From IMG/VR virus record IMGVR_UViG_3300037852_000186, positions 1 to 64,000 of that record: a stretch of DNA of 64,000 nt, one strand, 5' to 3'. The position numbers were made by a program, and so were the translations under genes. The notes beneath the pieces are model-generated. The model saw only the letters and a program-made list of their open reading frames with translations. It was not told the DNA's origin and did not search any database. Each line of letters opens with the position of its first letter. The stretch's first letter is position 1. Of the stretch, positions 38,337-46,896 are shown one piece after another. This stretch comes from a virus.

Positions 38337-38647
38337 GGTTTGATTTGAATTATCTCTGGCCCTTCTTGCGCCAACATCTTGAGAAGGTCCGTGGCTAGCA
38401 CTCTCGCAACATCAAGGTTCGGTACGGTCAACGTCAAAGTACCGCCAACACCAGGCATGCCCGCCAAGCGCGGATATGAGACGTTGATCTGCATGTCGGC
38501 TGTCGGCGGGTCAGCTAGCGGCACGTGAACAGCATGCAGAGTGAAACGCTTCCAACTGTTATTTAAGTCTTCGCGAGGCTGGCGAGAGACGGCAATCATA
38601 ACAGCGCGAGGTGCTAGTTGGCCGTTACGATGAATATCAAGACTCAT
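38333..38647 (-). CDS. Hypothetical protein
   Basis: Tight packing. Confidence 0.5.
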   Translation of the reverse strand: MSLDIHRNGQLAPRAVMIAVSRQPREDLNNSWKRFTLHAVHVPLADPPTADMQINVSYPRLAGMPGVGGTLTLTVPNLDVARVLATDLLKMLAQEGPEIIQIKP

Positions 38648-39190
38648 TTATTCTTTGCCTTTGGTATCGAGCGGTACGGCGGAATCTACATTCCACTTTT
38701 TCCAGGCTTCGTTAAGGTGCTTCGCGCAAATTGGCGTCTCGCGCGGTCTGTCAGTGAAACGTCCTCGCCCCTTCACGCTGTAGACTCGATCTTCCGATCC
38801 GCACTGCCGCGTAGACGATGCGCCTTGTGAGTGCTCGGTAATCGGCCAGCCGCAAGAAGGTCGTTTATCTTCTCGTTCTGATTCGACGCCTGAGATGATT
38901 GGATCGCCGTGCATATACTTGATGTTCAAGCCCGCCCGCTTCGCGACATAGCGTGCTAGCAAATAACTTGGGTTGGCTGCACCGCCTTCCGCGCGAAATT
39001 GTTCCGACTCTTGCGGGTCTAGTATCAACATCTGAAAGTTCTTACAGGGGCAGTAAGTGACGGTGCATGCGCCTAATGGATAATTAGTTTCATCGCCGGC
39101 AAGGAACGTTTGCCACACGGTCCTTCTTGGCGAGCCCGCCCGATGTTCGTCCATTGAGTGTACGCACTCACACATCCAAGGGAATTTCAT
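38648..39190 (-). CDS. Cys/His-rich hypothetical protein
   Basis: CEC.H...H, C....CPC..F and further Cys pairs. Confidence 0.5.
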   Translation of the reverse strand: MKFPWMCECVHSMDEHRAGSPRRTVWQTFLAGDETNYPLGACTVTYCPCKNFQMLILDPQESEQFRAEGGAANPSYLLARYVAKRAGLNIKYMHGDPIISGVESEREDKRPSCGWPITEHSQGASSTRQCGSEDRVYSVKGRGRFTDRPRETPICAKHLNEAWKKWNVDSAVPLDTKGKE

Positions 39191-39191
39191 G

Positions 39192-39422
39192 TTAACTTAC
39201 GCGCTCCGCAGAGTAGGCGCCGATTTGTTCGTCGAGCTTCAATCTGTAACCCTGTGCTTTAAGAAGGGCGCATACTTTCTTGACTTCATTAATTGGCCGC
39301 CATCCAGTCTCAGAGCGGATCGCTGCGATCAGTTCACCAGCCATCAGAGCGAGTACTATTTCTTGGGTTGGCACAACCCTAAGCTCAGATAAGTCGAAAG
39401 TGCTCGTCATTCGCAGCGCCAT
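39192..39422 (-). CDS. Hypothetical protein
   Basis: Tight packing. Confidence 0.45.
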   Translation of the reverse strand: MALRMTSTFDLSELRVVPTQEIVLALMAGELIAAIRSETGWRPINEVKKVCALLKAQGYRLKLDEQIGAYSAERVS

Positions 39423-39428
39423 ATTTAA

Positions 39429-39725
39429 TTATTCCGGATGTACGTTTCCCGGCTCGCGTTCATTGCCCCGATGCTTGGAATCGCGGTCGTCTTTCCATCG
39501 GGGGAAATGTCGCTTGGCTTCACTCGGACGATTATCCGCCCACCAGTATGAATCGTGATATTGGCCAGATTCGTCAGCACACCATTTATTCTGGATACAC
39601 TTGGCATGATGCGGGGCTGGGTGGTGATAGTAATGATGCTGGGCGTACGCGGGAGCCGAAGTACTTGCGCTTACACAGCCGGTTAGAAGAATCAGAGTGA
39701 GTATTGCGGTTAGTCGGTTTGCCAT
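39429..39725 (-). CDS. Putative His-rich lipoprotein
   Basis: MANRLTAILTLILLTGC lipobox; AAGGGA RBS. Confidence 0.6.
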   Translation of the reverse strand: MANRLTAILTLILLTGCVSASTSAPAYAQHHYYHHPAPHHAKCIQNKWCADESGQYHDSYWWADNRPSEAKRHFPRWKDDRDSKHRGNEREPGNVHPE

Positions 39726-39732
39726 AGTTCCC

Positions 39733-40593
39733 TTAGTTGTTTGGATAAAACGGTACGTTGCCACCACTCGCCAGTGCGGTCACGATATCCGAATACGTAT
39801 AGCTGACCGCCACTGTTGCTCCACTCGCAATCCCGCCTCCGTTTACTCGCGTGATTATTCCGTTGACGTTGTCGAGTAAGTAGTCGGTTTGCGCGAGATA
39901 GGTGGTGGTCAACGCTTGATTCTTGATTATGAGGTCTGTGATATTGCCTTGCGGCAGTGCAATCGTGTCCGACGCGAAGGTCAGCAACTCCACACCTATT
40001 TTCGTCGCGGTAACTCGCAATGCAGATTCCTCTAATACCTTGCCTTGCACGAAAGGAGGGAACGTCGGCGTTTGGAAGTTCTCAATAACAACAGTGCGAG
40101 TACTGAAGGTTGACTCGTAGACCCAGACACCACCTTGCTTATCGCGGTCGATGAAGCGTTCGCGAATTGCTTTCATGGGTGTGCAGCCTGTGTTGGCTTG
40201 AAAGCCCAGCAGAGCAAGGCGCACAGCTTCAATTATTTGGTAAGCCCCTGGACTCGTGCCGCTCGGCGGTCCGCCGAATGCCCAGCCTAAATCGCGTATG
40301 CGGAGGCCAACAGCAAATTCTAGTGTACGTTCCTGTGCGACATGGCCGATATCTTCGATGACGCCAAAGTCTGAGCCCATGAAAATAACCATCGCTACTC
40401 CGATGCGATGGCGCATTTCGTAAGCCTCGGGCTTGTCGGGGAAGTGTGTAACTTCTATCATCTGTGGGCCGAGCGCAGCGCCGAGATAAGTCTGTAGCTG
40501 TCGAACTATCGCCGCCTCGATGGTTGCGATACCCAGATCTGTGGGCGGGTTGAATGTTTGTCCGGTCCAAGGACTATCTAGAAACGCCGCCAC
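39733..40593 (-). CDS. Mu Gp37-family tail terminator/neck protein with an extra C-terminal domain
   Basis: IE.AIV..L, FPDKPE.Y, Q.RT..F, GAY..IE.VR.ALLGF; GTG start at 40593. Confidence 0.8.
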   Translation of the reverse strand: MAAFLDSPWTGQTFNPPTDLGIATIEAAIVRQLQTYLGAALGPQMIEVTHFPDKPEAYEMRHRIGVAMVIFMGSDFGVIEDIGHVAQERTLEFAVGLRIRDLGWAFGGPPSGTSPGAYQIIEAVRLALLGFQANTGCTPMKAIRERFIDRDKQGGVWVYESTFSTRTVVIENFQTPTFPPFVQGKVLEESALRVTATKIGVELLTFASDTIALPQGNITDLIIKNQALTTTYLAQTDYLLDNVNGIITRVNGGGIASGATVAVSYTYSDIVTALASGGNVPFYPNN

Positions 40594-40595
40594 GT

Positions 40596-41075
40596 TTATT
40601 GTCCTATAGTACCTACAACCGTCTGGCCCACAATCCAATGACCATCGCCGTCATTAAGATCGACCGCTGTCCCTACGAAAGGGTTAGGCCGCGTCGGCAC
40701 GATACTCGCCGAATAGTAATTGAAGCTGATTGATCCGCCGACGTTGTTCACGGAATGTTCCGGTTCCGTCGCGCGATAACAGCGGTCGCCCGAACTTACC
40801 GTTAGTGTCAGTGTTTTGGGATTTCCTAGGCCGAAGTGCAAATCATTTGGGTTGGTAAATACACAAACGATGCCATCGCGCGGGTCGTCGCTATCCTGAT
40901 AGGAAAGTGTGATGTTCAACGTCTCATGATCGCCGAACCCTCCCGCTATTCCAATCGTGCCGTGATCATTGTGAGTGTCGCTGGCGCCGCCAAAACCTGA
41001 GATATTCGCAGCGTTTGCCGCTGTCGCAAACGAGAACGCGATGCCTAATGCTATTAGCGTGTGGCGTCGTATCAT
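40596..41075 (-). CDS. Secreted hypothetical protein between gp36 and gp37
   Basis: Signal peptide ending ANA; 2 Cys. Confidence 0.65.
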   Translation of the reverse strand: MIRRHTLIALGIAFSFATAANAANISGFGGASDTHNDHGTIGIAGGFGDHETLNITLSYQDSDDPRDGIVCVFTNPNDLHFGLGNPKTLTLTVSSGDRCYRATEPEHSVNNVGGSISFNYYSASIVPTRPNPFVGTAVDLNDGDGHWIVGQTVVGTIGQ

Positions 41076-41081
41076 TGATAG

Positions 41082-41549
41082 TTAGAAACCCTTCATCGTG
41101 CTGCGTCTAAAAATGCGCTGCGGCAAACATGGGTCGCCGCCGAAATTCACGTCCATTACAACTGCTGGCACTGACGGATCTGCCGGTTCTGTGCCTGTTG
41201 CTGTATTGAGTCCGAGGGTTAGTTGCCCTTCGCTCACTTCGTCGAGGAACTTGCAATTCTTCTCGTAAATTAGCTTGGCGTATTCGAGGTCGTGGATTGG
41301 CCGCAAAGCTTGCAAGTGAAACATCGCAATCTCGCAGCACACGCGAGTCAAGATCGACGGGGGGTTTATTAGCGGGAGCGCGAAGCGAGCTTCGATGTAG
41401 GAATCGATCTCATCCGAAGCGTCGTCAAGGAAGGTCTGGAGATAAGTAGCATTGATGGTGGTGACGGTCGGGTCCTCGTTGGTCAACTGGACCAGATCGC
41501 GATTGGGGTAGCGCAAGGCCATGTCGTTTGTAGTAGCGTATCCCATCAC
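41082..41549 (-). CDS. Mu gp36/DUF1320 head-tail adaptor
   Basis: YAT..D...RY...L.QLT, DAS.EIDSY...R..LPL..P..L...CCEIA. Confidence 0.9.
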   Translation of the reverse strand: MMGYATTNDMALRYPNRDLVQLTNEDPTVTTINATYLQTFLDDASDEIDSYIEARFALPLINPPSILTRVCCEIAMFHLQALRPIHDLEYAKLIYEKNCKFLDEVSEGQLTLGLNTATGTEPADPSVPAVVMDVNFGGDPCLPQRIFRRSTMKGF

Positions 41550-41713
41550 TTATACCGTCACCGTCCACGATCCGCTAATCCATTCGTACTCTTGACAACG
41601 GCACAATCCGACCATCCTTGCGTACCACCCACTCGCTGCCATCGTTAAATGCAATAACCCAATAGTGCAGGCCAAGAGTTAAACGCTTCCGCCAAGCGCG
41701 CTTGATATTGAAA

Positions 41714-42682
41714 TTAATTAGCATCAAGAATATTTTGGATATCCGTTTTCATCGCGGCTTCGTCCATGTACTTATTCGCCTCGTCCGCCTTCATCGCCAT
41801 ACCCACGAGGAACCGCAACTCTTTCTTAGAAATGCGCACTGCGGGCGGCTTAGGGGGCGGGGGCCCTGGTACTGGGGGTGGAATCGGCGGCGGGGGCGAA
41901 GTGTCGATAACAGCAGTAAGGTCGCGCTCAAGCTCGGGTAGATTTATTCCGCTTGGCGCCTTTTGTACCGCGTTGACCCAATCGAAGGCTAACTCTGCAT
42001 GCGCCTCTTCGATGTAGGGCGTGCCGTCTTCGTAGTGCGCAGTCATGAACGCTTGAGTAATTGGCTGGAGTTTGCCCCAAGTGACGATGTAGAACATGCC
42101 CGCGCCGTCGTACTGAACGACCGGGACATCGTGTCCGCCCGCGAGCGGCGAACCGGGTATATAGTCCCACGGCTTGCCCGCGTTGAACTGGTCAACCGCG
42201 CTGTTCGGGAGATTGACTCCGAGCCGACAAGCTCCGAATAGACATATCACCCACTTGATTTGGTCGATGTGCTTAGGATCGAGATTGGCTGAGGCGTCGA
42301 GCTTACGTCCCAGCCAGCCGTTCGCGGTTAGATACTGAATCACCGTTAGCTCGTCCGCGCCCGTGTCGGTATTCGGATTGGTGGAGTCGAAGCCGCAAAC
42401 TGCGGTGTAGAGGGCCAGCACATCGGCCGTGGAGGGAATTGAGATGTTACCGACATTCGCAGTGCGCAGCATTTCTTGATGCGCGCAATCACTGAAGACA
42501 CAACAGCCATACAGATCGTTGCCGTCCATCCCCCAGCCGTGGGGCGACTGCTGCATTACTGCTGCCACCCAATCAGGAGACTGCGGCGGCGGCGGCCCTA
42601 GCGCGCTCAGATGGCTCGCGAGAATGGATTGACGAACGCGGCTATAGCGCGTATGCCGTGCTGGTTTGCGGCCAAATTTCAA
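41714..42682 (-). CDS. Papain-like cysteine peptidase-fold protein
   Basis: GND.YGCC (Cys), GGH.V..V.YD (His), VTWG. Confidence 0.6.
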   Translation of the reverse strand: MKFGRKPARHTRYSRVRQSILASHLSALGPPPPQSPDWVAAVMQQSPHGWGMDGNDLYGCCVFSDCAHQEMLRTANVGNISIPSTADVLALYTAVCGFDSTNPNTDTGADELTVIQYLTANGWLGRKLDASANLDPKHIDQIKWVICLFGACRLGVNLPNSAVDQFNAGKPWDYIPGSPLAGGHDVPVVQYDGAGMFYIVTWGKLQPITQAFMTAHYEDGTPYIEEAHAELAFDWVNAVQKAPSGINLPELERDLTAVIDTSPPPPIPPPVPGPPPPKPPAVRISKKELRFLVGMAMKADEANKYMDEAAMKTDIQNILDAN

Positions 42683-42791
42683 AGGCTACTCCTTGGATGC
42701 TTTGCTGAGTATGGTTCGCCGTGTCGCAACCAGCACCACGCATAGGCAGGATGACGTATTGCCCAAGCAATAGTCTGCAACTTCAACTTCA

Positions 42792-43133
42792 TTAGTTGTG
42801 GACCGGAACCCCGAACTTCATGTCGATTGCGCTAAGAGCGCCAGCGCCGACAGTTACGTCGCCGCCCACACCGGTATATGGCGAATGCGGATCACCGGGC
42901 ACGGTCACTTGCAGCATGACGCTCGCGACTCCGAGTTTGCCAGTCGAAGTGACGAGCGCGGTCATTCCGGTCGCGTCAGCCGGATCTGGAACAACGGTGA
43001 TAACTGTTGCGTCGGACGAGGACCAAACCGCTGCGGCGCCAGCCGGCGCGGGAACCACATTGGGCGGAACCGCATCGTCTACGAATTCAATCGTTGCGGA
43101 TACGTGTGAATCGTCGGGTAGAGCGAAAGGCAT
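42792..43133 (-). CDS. Small Ig-like (Big_2-like) protein
   Basis: WSSSDATV.TV, G..GVA.V; AAGGAG RBS. Confidence 0.7.
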   Translation of the reverse strand: MPFALPDDSHVSATIEFVDDAVPPNVVPAPAGAAAVWSSSDATVITVVPDPADATGMTALVTSTGKLGVASVMLQVTVPGDPHSPYTGVGGDVTVGAGALSAIDMKFGVPVHN

Positions 43134-43145
43134 TAAATCATCTCC

Positions 43146-43378
43146 TTACTTGTGGTGAACCACTCCAAACTTTATCGCGACGTGGTCCAGTTGTGGCGTC
43201 AGCGTCTTTATGATTGTGTCAAGTTTCGTTCCGAGTGCTGTTACGCGGAGCGTCAGCGCCAAGAACCCCGCATCAAGCTTCGCGCCGTTCGCGGCCAATT
43301 CGGTAGTTTGCTTCTGTAGCAACACGGTCTGCTTTTGAAGCTCCGCGAGGATTTGGCCGAAGATCCACGTCTCGTCCA
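43146..43378 (-). CDS. Short coiled-coil protein
   Basis: Heptads LQKQT.LLQKQT...KLD; ATG directly after the upstream stop. Confidence 0.6.
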
Positions 43379-43858
43379 TTATGGACAGCTCAGCATCGCC
43401 GAACAAGAATATCTCGGAACGGTACAAGTGCCGGGAGTGCCAGTCTGAGCAAGGCCAATTATGTTGCCCGCCGTGACAGCCAAGGTTTCAGCAGAGCTAG
43501 CTACGGTTGCTACTGTTGTCGTTGGACTTACCGCTGTTCCTACTGTTGAGCCAGTGATGTTTGTGATGTTTACTGTCGGTCCAGTTGTGCAGGCTCCGGT
43601 CAATGTGGCCGTACACATCAGACTGATGAACTTGCCAGTGCATGGAGCTTTCTGCGGAGCAACTGCCGTTGCGGGTAGAGTGCCCAAGTCGCCGCTCCAG
43701 TAGATAGGATAATATTGAGTTACTGGCGGTAGTATTGTACCGTGTTGAGTTCCGGATGACTGCCCGATTGCAGCGTATACATAACTCGCAGGACTTGGAG
43801 CATATATGCCCAAGCCGACAACAAGCATTAGGAGAACGGCAAATTTAATAACCTTCAC
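43379..43858 (-). CDS. Secreted Cys-rich protein downstream of the capsid gene
   Basis: Signal peptide; 6 Cys; AGNII.L...GT pattern. Confidence 0.65.
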   Translation of the reverse strand: MKVIKFAVLLMLVVGLGIYAPSPASYVYAAIGQSSGTQHGTILPPVTQYYPIYWSGDLGTLPATAVAPQKAPCTGKFISLMCTATLTGACTTGPTVNITNITGSTVGTAVSPTTTVATVASSAETLAVTAGNIIGLAQTGTPGTCTVPRYSCSAMLSCP

Positions 43859-43862
43859 GGCT

Positions 43863-44150
43863 CTAGTAACTCACCCAAGCGCACGTGGTGCCGCTCGCGC
43901 TGATGGCGCTGATATAGCCGCCTGGAGCTAACCCGCCCGTTTCGGCCCTCACGACCCACGAATCGCCAGGACCTAGATAGATCGAGGCTGAAGTCGCGGT
44001 TTTTCCAATCGCTAAGTTCATCGGATTGGTCGTGCCCGTATTTTGCACCATCAGATAATGGCGCCCGTCGGGGGGACTGCCAAGGTCGTTGGCGGCTATG
44101 ATGGTAGCCGCCGTGGACGTAAGTGTTGTGTCGCCGTAGGTATATGCCAT
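43863..44150 (-). CDS. Small beta-sandwich protein (head decoration-like), no signal peptide
   Basis: Directly after the MCP; paralogue of 24742..25089. Confidence 0.7.
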   Translation of the reverse strand: MAYTYGDTTLTSTAATIIAANDLGSPPDGRHYLMVQNTGTTNPMNLAIGKTATSASIYLGPGDSWVVRAETGGLAPGGYISAISASGTTCAWVSY

Positions 44151-44162
44151 CTGACCCGTTAC

Positions 44163-45146
44163 CTACGCCAGCCAGGGGCTGACTATCAATGTTGCGTCAT
44201 TCAGATAGATGTTGGACATCGGAATTGTGCTTATCGTTCCCGCCCCGAAGTTGCCATGCAGGAGTTGTGTCGCTACTTGCCTCAGCGATGGAGGCACAAC
44301 CAAGAATCGTGTATTGGGCGGCCCGCTCCACGCGCCGAACGGAATACCCGCATCAGTCTTAAACCCTTCTAATGCCGCAACGGCCTTTCCGTAGTTGACT
44401 GGATTGGTAAGGTCCTGATTGCTTGCGTAAGTCAACTGCCATAGTCCGACGCCGGCGTTGTAACGACCATCGACACCGTAGCGAAAGGTACGTTGATTAT
44501 AAACCGCCTCGTCAGTCAGGGCGTTCATATGAGTTACTGCGAACTCGCGGCGCTTCTGGAGAATGAACGAGCGAATAGGGCGATGGGCGTCTACCAGATA
44601 CCAATATACTCCGCTTCCGCCAGAGTCGATGTTGGAGACGGGGGTTGTCGGTCCAGTTGCGCTGGTTTGCCCCAGAAGCCCTACGGGATGGTTGGCGGAG
44701 TAGAGGTTCTGGCCGTCGTAACCAATAGGCACCGGAACGGTGATGTGGCCGATGGTTTGCGGAGCGTTAGAACTCGCTGCCTTCATCATGCCAAAGATTA
44801 GCTGATTCGGAAATAACTTCGCGTCCCAGCCGAGATTACGGATTGCCGGCCCGTAGACTTCGTATTCGTCGTCTTCGATTTTTTCACGCTCGATGGCAAT
44901 GGAATTTTCCCAGGTCTTATTGACGATGGTATAGGCTGTGGCTTCGAGTGCCTGATGCACGCGGTCGCCGATCCATTCACGAAAGCCAGTCGTCATCTTC
45001 AGCCAAGGATACATCTGTTGACCACTGCCGCTGGGCGCTATTGTAGTTAGGGGCTCATAGTCGGACGGCGCCATCTCGTAGCCTTGCTGGAAGATGGGGT
45101 CAAACGTGGTGAATAGAATGGTGAGGTTTTGAGCCGAAATTTGCAT
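44163..45146 (-). CDS. gpT: Mu-like major capsid protein
   Basis: Y.WL....FREWIGDR, Y.I.NK.WE..I.I.R..IEDD, YDGQ.....HP, RYGVD.R.N.G.G.WQL, LVVPPSL. Confidence 0.95.
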   Translation of the reverse strand: MQISAQNLTILFTTFDPIFQQGYEMAPSDYEPLTTIAPSGSGQQMYPWLKMTTGFREWIGDRVHQALEATAYTIVNKTWENSIAIEREKIEDDEYEVYGPAIRNLGWDAKLFPNQLIFGMMKAASSNAPQTIGHITVPVPIGYDGQNLYSANHPVGLLGQTSATGPTTPVSNIDSGGSGVYWYLVDAHRPIRSFILQKRREFAVTHMNALTDEAVYNQRTFRYGVDGRYNAGVGLWQLTYASNQDLTNPVNYGKAVAALEGFKTDAGIPFGAWSGPPNTRFLVVPPSLRQVATQLLHGNFGAGTISTIPMSNIYLNDATLIVSPWLA

Positions 45147-45158
45147 AGCAGTAGTTCC

Positions 45159-45356
45159 CTAACTCGGAGTGCCTATTCCTTTGATTTCTGTGATCGCTAC
45201 GTAGCGACCGTATATTGCACCGAGCGCACCAATGAGTGCTGTTATGTTGGCTGGATTCGCCCCGCCGTTAATAAACATATCGCCGACGGCCCCAACGACC
45301 GCGACAATGCCGCAGATGATTGCTTTGCTTGTGTACCAATGCTTATTAGCTGGCAC
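45159..45356 (-). CDS. Small two-TM protein (holin-like)
   Basis: KHWYTSK.I start, two hydrophobic segments, AIYGR. Confidence 0.6.
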   Translation of the reverse strand: MPANKHWYTSKAIICGIVAVVGAVGDMFINGGANPANITALIGALGAIYGRYVAITEIKGIGTPS

Positions 45357-46125
45357 TGGCTTCGCTCGCGATCACTGTCGGTTGAAAAAGAATCGTTGCG
45401 CCGGTTGTGTCGGTTATTTGGATGTCGAAGGCGCGCACTGAGTCGTTGTCAGTCTCGATGCCCCAAGCTGGATTGTTGGAGTAGATGCTGATGCCCGAAT
45501 GTTCGACGCCGACCGCGCGAGTAACGAAAAGCCGAAGCCCTCGGGCACTACATTGGCGCGAGAAGTTCCAGTCTTCGGATTGATGATAGGCGGTAAATGT
45601 GCCCGCCACGTACTCAATTCGGTCATTGACCATAAAGTACGGAAGGTGTGTTGCACGATTGGAGATCGCAGCTAGATCAATTAATAGCAGCCCGGTATTT
45701 AATAATAGATTGTTGGCAGTCCACGTAACTGGCAAAGCCTTGGCTTCTCGGAGAGTTAACCGCTGCGGCAACCACTCATCTGTATCGATTGCTGTTGAGG
45801 TTAGACCGAGCGGATTCTTAATAGGAATAAAGCAACCGAGCGCGTCCGCCCTTGCGTTCTGCATCTCAGTGATGAGCACTTCGATCCAATGTGGATGCTG
45901 AGGTTTGATGTCGGAGTGCAGAAGCAGGAGATGAGAGAGCCGACCAGCACGATATTCATTGAGTCCCCAACACAAACACTTATTGTGACTAAGCGTAAGC
46001 ATGGAGCTGGTATACTCGAAGAAAGCGAAGTTGCCTTCGACCAGCGGACACGTATTGATATGTAGCAACGCGGAGGTTGCTATGTTGCCACGTGCATGGC
46101 TGGGTATAGCTACTCCGAGACGCAT
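45346..46125 (-). CDS. GT-A fold (GT2-like) glycosyltransferase, paralogue of 16086..16916
   Basis: VAIPS, SHLLLLHSDI, GLTSTAIDTD, NTGLLLIDL, SEDWNFSRQ. Confidence 0.75.
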   Translation of the reverse strand: MRLGVAIPSHARGNIATSALLHINTCPLVEGNFAFFEYTSSMLTLSHNKCLCWGLNEYRAGRLSHLLLLHSDIKPQHPHWIEVLITEMQNARADALGCFIPIKNPLGLTSTAIDTDEWLPQRLTLREAKALPVTWTANNLLLNTGLLLIDLAAISNRATHLPYFMVNDRIEYVAGTFTAYHQSEDWNFSRQCSARGLRLFVTRAVGVEHSGISIYSNNPAWGIETDNDSVRAFDIQITDTTGATILFQPTVIASEASAS

Positions 46126-46131
46126 CGTGCT

Positions 46132-46896
46132 TTAGAGCACCACGGCCTTATCTGCGAAGTTCACATAAGCAAGCCCGTTCTCGATGGAGACAATGCGGCC
46201 CGCTATCGGAAATGTGCTGTGGTAGTAAGAGACGAAGAACGCGGCATTTGCATTGGCCAGTGCGCCGCCTGCAACTGCTTCGACTAAGCCCGTGTTGTAA
46301 TCAACTGTGAAATCAACGCCTTCGGCGTAGTGCGTGCCAGTTCCGCCTGTATTCTGATAAGCGTTGAACGAGCCTGGCGTAATATTCGGTAACAGTTGTA
46401 CTTCAAACGGCGCGGCAGCGGACATTGCTGCTGCTGTGGAGTTAGGAACAAGAGTTCCGAGACTTACAGTATGATCGTCTGCGGCAAAGCACAGAGATCC
46501 GATCTGTGTCGTTATCGTACTGTCGATATCCATGCCGAATGTGCCGACTGCTACGATAATAGAGATAGCGCCCGCCGTGCCGAGCGTTGCGGTCGCTCCA
46601 GGGAAGAACCCGCCATTACCGGTTTGATTGAGCGCATTGATACCAGGAGGAACGGCGCCGCCTGCGTAAACGGATTCGCAGATACCGACGCACATGAGCT
46701 TATCGAGCGGCGCCGTGCCTATGGCTTGGGCTTTGACGGCGCGATAGTTGCCGTTCAGGCAAACCATACCGCCGATGAAGATTGAGGATGCTGCTTCAAC
46801 TGGAACACCAGCGCCAGCAACACCAGCGCCGCCGTAATGAAATCGGTTAGAGCTGTTCCATTCTGGGGTGTTGCGTGATGTGGTGAGTGCCGCCAT
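46132..46896 (-). CDS. Head decoration (cement) protein with an inserted domain
   Basis: MAALTT.RNTP, IF.G.MV.L, IG..CFAADDHTV, AGRIV; Mu-like position between protease and MCP. Confidence 0.75.
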   Translation of the reverse strand: MAALTTSRNTPEWNSSNRFHYGGAGVAGAGVPVEAASSIFIGGMVCLNGNYRAVKAQAIGTAPLDKLMCVGICESVYAGGAVPPGINALNQTGNGGFFPGATATLGTAGAISIIVAVGTFGMDIDSTITTQIGSLCFAADDHTVSLGTLVPNSTAAAMSAAAPFEVQLLPNITPGSFNAYQNTGGTGTHYAEGVDFTVDYNTGLVEAVAGGALANANAAFFVSYYHSTFPIAGRIVSIENGLAYVNFADKAVVL

